64,000 nucleotides of DNA from Paramecium tetraurelia. Taxonomy: Eukaryota. This document shows, one piece after another, positions 52,854 through 64,000 of this stretch (its first letter is position 1; each line of letters starts with the position of its first letter). The notes below the pieces were generated by a model. It was not told the DNA's origin. It worked only from the letters and a program-made list of their open reading frames with translations, and made no database searches. The stretch spans positions 248,001-312,000 of the forward strand of contig CT868418.1 of the NCBI GenBank assembly GCA_000165425.1, written 5' to 3'. The position numbers and the translations under genes were made by a program.

Positions 52854-53968
52854 ATGGTAGCTAATACAAATGGAATAGTGAGTTGTTGCCAAGATTTTGG
52901 AGTCTATTGCATCACGTAATTAGAGATTAAATATCAAAAGTTTGTGTATCTCTGAAGTTATTGCATTGGCAGTCTTAGCAGTTGGGATTTGTTAATTTAT
53001 TAGAAGAAAGAAAACTTATAAATAGGCTAAAAAAAGAAAAAACATTATCTATATTTTAATTATCTTGTGCTTAACTTGTAACATAAAACATAAAATGTAG
53101 GCAATATTATATTTAATTTGGCATAAAAAACAATGTTGGTTTTTTACTTTTTTTAATTATATGTCTATTATGCATTTTTAATCTATATTGTATTTTATTT
53201 TGCTCGTAAAACTTTAAGTGTTAGAACTTTTAAACCTTATCAGATTTTATAATTGAAGATTTATTGCATCTGCTTGATTTCACTATTCACTATATTTTTG
53301 ATATGGAATTTGTATGATTACATAACTAGTTTATCCTAATCCTATTCGCTTTGTCAAAGTATATGTAATCAAATAAATTTTAAGAATAGATATTTCATAT
53401 TATCAGAATGATTGGATTTATAGTGAATCTAGTTTTGATTGCAGTTGCCCGTTCTTTGAATCTAAGCATTAAAAGGAATCTAGAATTAAAGTCAACCATA
53501 CTGAAAAACTTTGTCAATTTTGAAGAAAACTGTAAGAAAATTAATCGATAAAGAATAAACTTTTGGTATGATCATGTGCTATAAGGATCCTTGTCTATGT
53601 TACATTCTTTGGTTAATTGCTCTACTTCATCGAGGATATATACTTCTTAGTTCAAGGGCCAACGGAGACTTGCCATCTATATCTAGATGTATTTATTAAA
53701 ACTATAATCCATATAGATAATTCAAAGTGAAGCTCGAATATTTCAATACTGCTTGCTATTATTAGTTGTATTAATCCAAGTTCAACTCCCTTTTTCTGTA
53801 ACAATTTACGCATTTTGGTTCCAAAAACCAGTCATAAAACAAGAATCTGATGTATTCTATAAAATATTTTAGTCGATTGAATTTGAAGAAGATTACTTTA
53901 AAACCATAAAATTATAAGAAAAACCCAATTCCCATTCCTCTGAATAAATTACAACATTAAAAGAATGA
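52854..53968 (+). CDS. Multi-pass (about 7 TM) membrane protein
   Basis: Alternating hydrophobic segments across many short introns. No specific family motif recognised. Confidence 0.5.
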
Positions 53969-54347
53969 AATAAAGCATATTTAACAAATATACATATTAA
54001 AATCAATTAAATATAGAATAATTAACAAATATTAACTAGTATAGTTTCAATTTCCTATAATTCTTTAATTGATAAGAATTATGAAATATCTTGGAGACTA
54101 TTCTATATATAATTTATAAGTTGACAATAATAATAAAAATATATATGAGAGAAATAATATTACTTTTTAGGAATTTGGATTAGTAACGATAAAGAAAATA
54201 TAGAATGAAATTGATTTTTTGAAGTTTTTAATCAATTTTCTTGATATGTGAACGTGTTCAAGCTTCTTCCAATGCATTATACTATATTATCTTAATGAAG
54301 AGTCAATAAAAAAATAATCAAGAATTATATAATTTTTATTCAATAAT

Positions 54348-55575
<1,228 letters not shown>

Positions 55576-55581
55576 ACTAAA

Positions 55582-57146
55582 TCAGAATTATTAATAATGG
55601 GATTGTCCAAATTTGAAATCAGAGTTATATTCTGGAGTAAATGGACGATTTAAATCTGTATATTTTTTAAGTTGATTTGCATAATAACCTTCTTATGCAA
55701 ATGTAGTGACACTATTCTTAAATGGTTATTCCAAACTATCTTCAAATTACTAATCATTCTACTTTATAATAAAAATGAATTACTCTCTAATTATTTGATT
55801 CGCCTTTAAGTTCACTTAGGCTTCGTTTGTTAAAATTATTGGCAGTTATAATTTTCTTTTGACTTTCCTCAATGATCTCTTCTGCTTTTTATTCAACTGC
55901 AATTTCAATATTTTCTTCAATTTCATCATCTTTTTATTTCTATTCATTAAAAGTAGTAAACTTTTGGGTTTTTAAATAGTATTCTTAATTCATTTGTTCC
56001 TACAAAGGTGGTTTACGAGGAAAGGAATGAGCAATTCTTTAATTACTCTAAATTTTCTTGTTGTTTGATAAATCCCTATGTTTTTAGACAGACTTGTCAT
56101 TCCTTCTCACACTGTCAGTTTGTTGATTGGGTTTATTATTTCTAACTGACAGTTTAGTGCTCATGTCAAATTCATTTTAAGAAATGTCTTATTGATTGGA
56201 TTTAGAACTAGAAGTAATGATCAGTTATTATTATTATTGTGATAGTTATTGTGGTTGTGAGGTCTTTTTTTTGGGTGTGGGATGATCATCATAAACAATA
56301 TTTGCTCTAGTTATTTTCTCCTAAGTCAATTTTTATTATTTTTAACTTTACTAACTTTGTGATTGTTATGAAAAACCAGTAGTTTTTTTAGATGTTATCC
56401 TTAAATAATAAATGGCATAAGGTACTTCATTTGACAACTGTCTTGAGAAGCCTCCAAATTATTGTCTTGGTATTAGATAATTAGGTTTTAATGTTCAATT
56501 CCAATAGGAAAGCCATGCTTCCCCATTATGGAGCTAAAATAATATGAAGCAACATACCCATCAGGATCTGCCTATTTCATTGTAAAAATCTTTCTTAATT
56601 TGCATGGGGATTAAATAACAAATAGATCAAGTGATCTAAATGTCATTCCTTTCCAACCTTAAATAAAAGAGAAGAGATCAATTTAAAGGTTTAGCCAAAT
56701 GTTTTTTGGTACTTCTATTGGATATCTTATGTGGAATGGCTTTTTCTCGATTTATTTACAGTTCTATGTCAAATAAACATGACGCTTGGTTTTCGAGGTA
56801 TCAGTAATTGAGAACTCAATAGTCCATTATTATGTCATTGGAACATAGATTTAGAGACATAAAAACTATTGGACCAAGCCTAGATCTCCTTCTCTTGGAA
56901 AATGGGCTTTTGTGTTCTGTCCTTGCAATTCAATAATGTAGTCTATGGTTATTAGGAATCGTTAATACTCTTTAATTATTTATCGAAATCTTTAACAAAA
57001 CTATTGGTAGTAATTTTTAGTAGCTGTTAGTAATGCTTCTCTTTTTCTTTGTTGGCTTTATTAAGTATATCTAAATGATTAAGAGAAATACCTTTGGAAT
57101 CAAATATCTCAAACAACGGTGTATTCTAAAACTAATTTTAAAACAT
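55582..57146 (-). CDS. CFA20-domain protein (CFAP20DC/C3orf67-like)
   Basis: MFQNQFQNTPLFEIFD, FSITDTSKTKR, VWLNLQIDL..F, FRSLD and CKLRKIFTMK. Confidence 0.7.
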
Positions 57147-57170
57147 TTTATATATAAATATTTAAAATTA

Positions 57171-57809
57171 TCAATATTGCTTGTACTATTTTAAGGATTC
57201 TTGTAGCATTTATTTGGTAGTTTCTGCTTGCATGAGTAGTTACTAGACGAATTGTAAATTATTATTAATAGATTTATATTGTTCTAATTCAACTTTTAAC
57301 TTGTCATTCTCCTATTATAATTGTATCTCTCTTTCATTGGGTATTTGATTATTATATTTGGATAGTTCTTGCATTTTGATGGTGAACTCCTTATTCAGAT
57401 TATAAACTTAATTTAAGAGGTTGCTGATGATATTGAGTTGATTTTGATTTTAATATTGTAATTCTAGTTTGTCATTGTATAATTATTTTAACTTATCCAA
57501 TAGATTAATAATCTGGTTTACTAAATCATACTCTATATTTTTGGGGAGCAATTATTGTCTTTTGATCATGATTTGCTTTTCCTCATCTAGGGATTAGATG
57601 ATCATGTTTAATTTTAGGTTGTCCTCCGATTTAAATTGAGTATTGAGATACTCAGATGCTATCTGTCTAATAAAGTTTTCTTTGTCATTGTGTTATTTTT
57701 TTATTGGTGCTTGATCTAGCTGTTTGTAATAGTTGTAGTGTTTTTTGAGGGTTTCAATCTTGTCCAATTCATTGTAGCCATCACATAATTACTCCAATTG
57801 CGGAATCAT
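57171..57809 (-). CDS. Hypothetical coiled-coil protein, 212 aa
   Basis: Intronless 639-nt ORF under table 6. Confidence 0.6.
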
Positions 57810-57836
57810 TTTATATATTAATAAAAATTCCATAAA

Positions 57837-60487
57837 ATGTTATTTAACTTACCTCTGAAATAGACAAGACAAGTCGATTTACTCAAGCCTGTTGAGTAGG
57901 CCATCCTGAACTGCTATGGAGAAGCCAAGCTCTTTACAGAAGTAATCATAATTTCCATAAATTGCAGATTAGGGATGTAGTCGAGAAGACATAAAAACTG
58001 AGATAACACTTGGATTACGAGAAAATCAACTTAAGCATCGCCACTGATCCTCTAACATCAGAAAATCTAGAGAACAACCTGATTGAATACCTTAAACACT
58101 TTTCTTTACTATTCAAACATTTAAGATTCGAACAAGGAGACCAAAGATCCCCTTAAGTAATGTTCTATTGGAGTGACAGCTATGATCATGTATTTATATA
58201 TTGTTCCACAATTTCTAGAAAAGAAGCTGCCAATTAAATTAGGGCAGATTAGAATTGATATCCTAATACTACAATCTGGCAATCTCTTACTATTATCAAG
58301 CCAATAGCAAGATGATAAAGGATACTGACCCTGATCGTAAGGCTGCATACACAAAATTGAGAAATGGATTATGGGCTTTTGACTAATTAAAACAACATAT
58401 TCATGGACTATCTAAAGATTCAATTTCCTAGTTATATGATATTACAACATTGAATCTAGAATTCTTAGAACATGCTGTAATACTCAATCTCTAAATTAGT
58501 ACTGCGGACTTTCATACAAGGCCCTCTATCAGAATATGATGTCACAAGTAAAAACTTTTGGATTGAATATTGTTTGTGGTACAATTTTTGAGGCAGCCAA
58601 AGAATTCACCATATCCCTCAAGGCCGTTGAAGCAATGAATTCCCAATACTAAAAACAAGTTGGAAAAGTACTATCAGTTTTAAATAATCTTAGAACTTTC
58701 TTGCATAAATCTTGCCTATGATTTAATTTAACTAAATTTGGGCAACCGTCACTGGATGTATTTAGATGGGCGTATATCATTATGGAAGAATACCAGATGA
58801 CTCCAGAGGTTAGAATATGGGAAAGGCCTTAGGCTTTTTAATTAGAGCACAATAGTTGTTATAACCAGTAGTTAACGACAAGAATTCCAGTAAAACATAC
58901 TCACCAGATTAACTTGATCAATTGAAATAATTGAACCAACAATTGACTCAATTGTCTACAGAATATAATTACAAGAACTAACAGATATATAAGGAATAAA
59001 TAGTAGCTTAGGATTTGTTACCATATCCTCCTTTAATGGAATAAATTAGAATCAAACCTCTTGAACCAGTTAATTTCAAGGAATCTGTTTAAGGAGCAAA
59101 CAAATTTTCAGGCTTTGTTTCAGAAGAAGCTTTATAATTGTCTAGAGAGATTAAGATGTTTGTAGAATAAACAAAATACTCTCTCGAAGAATCACTAAGG
59201 TAGTTATTTAGTCAAAAAAATCAAGCCTATGCAGAGGCCTTTCTAACTTACTTTATCGATATGGCACAATAAAAACAACTTGTTTCTGGAGGCATCCCTT
59301 AGAGTATCTAAGATAAAATAGCCTATATCAGAAGCAGAGGATGTTTGAGTGGAATAGAAAAGATAGTAGAATAAGGAAAATAAAAATCCATCATTTGCAA
59401 CTAATTGCTAGGATAAATTGAGTAGGAATTACTGAATGAATAACAATAAGATTAACAGAATAGAAATAAATATGGTGCTAAATGGGCAAGAACTCCCTCA
59501 AGCTAATTGAATTAACAATATTTCAACTCTCTTAAGGATCTCAAGGCTAAATACTTATAAGCATAAGGAATTGATTTTAATGTGATGAGTGGTTTTGAGA
59601 ATTCCAAAGAAGCTATCATACTTGCTGCTTAAAATGACAACTAAATTATTGAAAAATTGCCAAAAGATAATAACAATTCTGATTTTGTGAATCAAAATGC
59701 TTAAACTTTTGCGCAATTAACATCCTTAGATCAAAAAGTCAACACTATTATCGATTAATTAAAGGCTACCATTTAAGAGTACACTTAAATCATACAAGAA
59801 ACTAATTTCACTAAGATTGCCGTTAATGGAATTAATGATGGATTACCAAAAGAGTAAGTATTTACTATCGCCCTTTAAACTGTGTCAGCCCTTATTGAAA
59901 ACTTTAACAATAATGTAAACATTTGATTAATCTTAAGATGAATTCAGTCTCAGAAGTGATCACTCAAATTTGTGGGATCGCCAAACAACTCTCTAACCTA
60001 AAGAAGCAATCAGTTGAATAAGTCCAATAATCCGGATAGACCAATATCTTTGCCAACGCTTAATCTGCTATTGATAATATTGATCATTCAGTGGTCTTCT
60101 ACGAGTACAATTAACTATATATCTAGGCAATTAAAAATGCATTTGGAAGATCAAGACAGAAAGGTGAAGGATTTCTTAATGGCCAGAAATATTGAATCAG
60201 AATAACTAATTTAATAATTGAATTAACAATAAACATACTAGCAATCCTAACAAAATCAAGCATAATATCAGCAACCTCAATAGCCACAGTAGTAAGCAGG
60301 ATATTAATATCCAGTCTATCCCTAATATCCTCAATAGCCACAATAGCCTAACCCTCAATATCCATAATAGCCAAATCCTAATTATCCTTAAGGATATCCA
60401 CCTCAATAGTATCCATAATAGCAATAACCCTATGTCTAATACCCATAATAAAATTAAGGAGCATGGGGTTAACAGTACAAAAAATGA
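57837..60487 (+). CDS. Bro1/ALIX-like ESCRT adaptor (Bro1 + V domain + P/Q/Y-rich tail)
   Basis: LPLKQTRQVDLLKP, FYWSDSY and ELISQYYNLA, a helical V region with YGAKWARTPS, and a C-terminal QYPQ/YPN-rich tail. Introns near 58190, 58668 and 59915. Confidence 0.8.
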
Positions 60488-60642
60488 TATAATTTACATA
60501 ATTATAGTTGTTGTAATAATTTCTTAAGTCATTCTCACAATTAATCTAGCTTCACTTGCAAATCGGTTAATTTTCTCGTAATAATATTTAAAATGAAAAT
60601 CTTGGCTATTATTTATGTTTATTAATTAATAATTTATTCAAC

Positions 60643-61391
60643 ATGTCTTCAGGAGAGCTTCCATAGGAAAAGAAAACTTTATTTTCAACTTTAGTTCAGA
60701 AGAAACAGGCAGAAACTGATGCATAGAAGATATAGAATAGGATTCTATAATTGAAAATGGAATAGGAGAAAGTGTTAAAGCACATTCAATAGGATGAACA
60801 AAGAGCAGAGGAAATTTATAGACATAGAGTAGAGATCTAAATGAAGGTAACATTCACTTCAAATAACATGCATAGAAAGAAAATAAAATGAAATAGAAAT
60901 AAGCATAACCACCTCCATTCTCATTGGCTGTTTCTCATCATCAAAGAGAATTGTTGAAGAAAATAAAAGACGATGAATTGTAAAGAAAGAAGTCAGAAGC
61001 CAAAATTTTCAGAGACTAATTAAAGTAGGATTTTAAGGGTGTTTAATTATAAAAAAGCTTGGAACAAGAAGGTTATCGTATAAAAGCAATCTAAGTGAAG
61101 GAGGAAGAGAGGTAGTCTACTTAATTGGCTGTTGCGAAATTGAAGTAGAAGAGAGAGAGAGTAAGATATGAAATAGAGAACGAAAAAGATAGAGTGGAGA
61201 GGGAAAAGGAGTTATATGATTTAAAAATCTAAGAATTGGAATAAATTGAGCAATTAGCTATGATGGAACTATAAAATTCGTTAGCAAGATAGCAGAAGGT
61301 TTAAGAGAAGATTCAGTAAGCACAAAAATTGTCACCCAGCGATTATGAAAAATAATATTAAAGCATTTAGAAGGCAAGTGCCACATAATGA
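60643..61391 (+). CDS. Hypothetical coiled-coil protein
   Basis: One 29-nt intron gives 720 coding nt. E/K/Q/R-rich. Confidence 0.6.
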
Positions 61392-61410
61392 TATTTATTA
61401 ATATTTTAAT

Positions 61411-61911
61411 ATGCTTAACGAAAGTTTAGAATCTGACAAGGAGATCGATCCAGAAAAAGAAAGACAAAGATTAATGATCAAGAGATAGAAGTCAATAGAG
61501 GAGAGTCTCCAATTAAATGTCAAAGATCACATCATTAAATTAGAAGTAAAGAATTCTAATAACTCAGAATTACTTGGTTGAATTGAAAAAAGACTTAGAA
61601 AACAGCAAAAAAGAAATGGCGAATTTAAGAATGGAAATTTCGACTGTGAAGAATAATCACGGAACAATGAGTGATGATCTAAGTACATTTATACAAAATG
61701 ATGTACAATTTATTAAAAACTCTAGGCAAAAAGACTTCTAAATGAAACTTACAAGAAATCTTAAGATGCATAACACGATAGTGAATTTTTAGATGCTTAA
61801 TTAAATGTATTGAAAAGCGATAAAGACAAATTATTAGATGTTACAACTACATTGGAAAAAAGAATTGTGTCATGTGAAACAGATGTAGGATTTAAACATG
61901 TTTATGATTGA
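61411..61911 (+). CDS. Hypothetical coiled-coil protein
   Basis: Introns of 22 and 23 nt give 456 coding nt. Confidence 0.6.
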
Positions 61912-62018
61912 ATATTAACATTATCACTTATTAATTTTGTTATTATTTCTTTATTTATAATCAAAAACTAAATAAAATTTATTCTCACAATATACCTCTT
62001 AAAATAATTTATATTAGA

Positions 62019-62652
62019 TCAAAAAAATATAGTTTTTTTTGTTTGTTAAACACTATTGATAGGTGCAATATCCATAACACACTATTTAAACGATTTTTCA
62101 AAATATTCATCAAATTTCCCTTTGCAAACTTCGCTCCTTTCCAGAGAAGTCTTTACTTCATCAATAAAACATTATTTGTCACTTTATTTACACTTCCCAG
62201 ATATATTTAGTCCTCTAATCTTCATGCAAGATAACATTGAGCAATCATACCAATCTATTTTGGCTCTCAAATCATCATACAGAAAGGTTAGCTAATATAT
62301 TTAATTTTATCTTTACATCGTATTTCATTATCTATTGAAAATGAGCATAATCTCTAATTTTATTATAACAAACTAAAATCTTCTTTTCTGCCTATCTATA
62401 AAATGATATATCTGGATCACTCAAATCGCACAATTAAAATTAAACTATTTAATCTAGTTAAGATGTATGTTGATATTATCGAAATTGAGTTCTAAACAAT
62501 CTATAATCTGGAGATTGCTCAAATTGTTCTAGATACTTTTTAGCATTTTTCTCCATTAATTACAAAGCATTTGAAATTGTTACTAGTCGTTTACGTTCAA
62601 AGAGTACTTTGGATTTTTGTAGTGCTTCTTCTGAATCAATTTAACCACTCAT
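62019..62652 (-). CDS. ATP23: Atp23 (peptidase M76)-like mitochondrial protein lacking HEXXH
   Basis: KILVCYN...YDDLRAKIDWYDCSMLSCMKIRGLNISGKC...CF...VC...FKQCVMDIAP reproduces the Atp23 Cys pattern. One 25-nt intron (62292-62316). Confidence 0.7.
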
Positions 62653-62929
62653 TAATATTAACTATTAATTAAAGGTTATATAAAATAAAAAAATGTCTAG
62701 AATTTGAACATAAATATTTCTAATGACATAGAGTTATAAATTGATATTAGTGTTGAATCTAATCCATCTAAAAATAGTTGATATTGTATTTATATTATTC
62801 CCTTTCATATTTGTTTATTATCAACTAGAACTGATATGTATCCTGCTTTTATAATTATTATTCACAATTAGAAAATTACTCTATGAACTATTGAAATTAT
62901 AAGAACAATTCTTCTTCGAACATATTTTC

Positions 62930-63394
62930 AGATTAAATTTGATAGTTTGTCAAATAATTTATGTAATTCCTTATATCTGCATACTCTAGTAAGTCTAGCG
63001 ACAAAGCTTGAACATTTAAATTGCATTTTCTTCTAATAGTTATTAATCTTTTGTTCACACCTATATTAATAAATATCTTTTGAAATTTATTTTATATCAT
63101 TATATGGTCATATTTTTTAAATTCAATAGCAACTTTATTTAATGATTTCTTAAGTTTTGGCCTGTTACCCATCAAATTGAATTCTGCAATTTCATTATCC
63201 TTAATTATAATTCAACTAATTAATTTAAAATAATTGATGGCATCAATTTCTTATTTAAAAATTAAAGTGTTGAAATTGAAATCCAAAAGATGATAATTAA
63301 AAGGAAAGAGGCTGAATATCAGATAATTAGGATTACTTTAAACCTTAAATTTGATAAGATCTTTAACAAATTGAAGAAGAATTCTTTATTACAT
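62930..63394 (-). CDS. Possible hypothetical protein or gene relic
   Basis: Candidate ATG63394 and a TGA-free segment of about 85 codons. Frames could not be joined confidently. Confidence 0.2.
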
Positions 63395-63408
63395 AAAATT
63401 AATTAAAA

Positions 63409-64000
63409 TCAAGAATTGAACCATCTGTCTTACAAGATCTAGAATTTTATTTTGTTATTACTCTTAAAGTTGTTATCCTTTCGCTAGGCCTGATGGTTAA
63501 CATTTGTGAAATTAATTTTTGACACTAAGAGGACACATTAGCTTTAAGATAGACCCCCTTTTTAATTTATCCATATAGGTCAGCATCATTAGATCCTTTA
63601 AAGGGAAAGTGTCCTGTTAATAGAACATACAATAAAACTCCCAAGGCCCAGACATCAACAGGTTTACCAAAGTAATCCTATTTATTGACTAATTCTGGAG
63701 CCATGTAACTATTTTAAAATGAAGTATTATTACCTTGGCGTTCCACAAAATACTCCTAACTTGCAATCTCTATTAACTAATACTGAAAATCCAAAATCAA
63801 TCAATTTAATTTCATTATTATCTTTTAAAAGTATATTTTCAAGTTTAATATCCCTGTGTACTATATTCAAAGAATGACAATAATCCACTGCTTTTACAAT
63901 TTATCTAAATAGTAGTTTTGCATCTCCTTCATCAAGTCTTCTATTTGGAAATTACTAATATTAGACTTAGGTCAAATATACTTTCAAATATGATCGCAGA
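63409..64000 (-). CDS. CAMK/MARK-like Ser/Thr kinase, 3' part (5' end outside window)
   Basis: HRDIKLENILL, IDFGFS, FCGTP.YMAPE and DVWALGV. Introns present; stop at 63409. Confidence 0.88.

Noticed and set aside
60230..60460. Tandem-repeat or CRISPR-like array
   Set aside because: Irregular codon-level repeats encoding the P/Q/Y-rich tail of the ALIX-like protein, with no repeat-spacer periodicity.

Overview
AT-rich, very gene-dense eukaryotic DNA from a ciliate. TAA/TAG read as Gln and TGA is the only stop (translation table 6), and genes carry tiny 20-30 nt GT..AG introns. This fits the somatic (macronuclear) genome of Paramecium, most likely P. tetraurelia. The supplied ORF track uses standard stops and so fragments every gene; I re-translated by hand with table 6 and found about 38 protein-coding genes, most separated by tens to a few hundred bp (as little as 6 bp). 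The key feature is at 39932-43179 (+): a two-intron, 1065-aa piggyBac-type transposase with an intact D401/D491/D609 triad, a Cys/His zinc finger and a long acidic/coiled-coil tail. It has no terminal inverted repeats and sits between ordinary host genes. It matches PiggyMac (PGM), the domesticated transposase that excises IESs during programmed genome rearrangement. Other genes include an SOS1-like Na+/H+ exchanger, CFAP221, a tepsin-like protein, CacyBP, IscA1, Lon, a heme-type CBS, Acl4, METTL13, several kinases, an HSF-type factor, CFAP20DC-like and ALIX/Bro1, plus apparently catalytically degenerate Atp23 and PP2C homologues. All gene identities come from motif recognition, not database searches.
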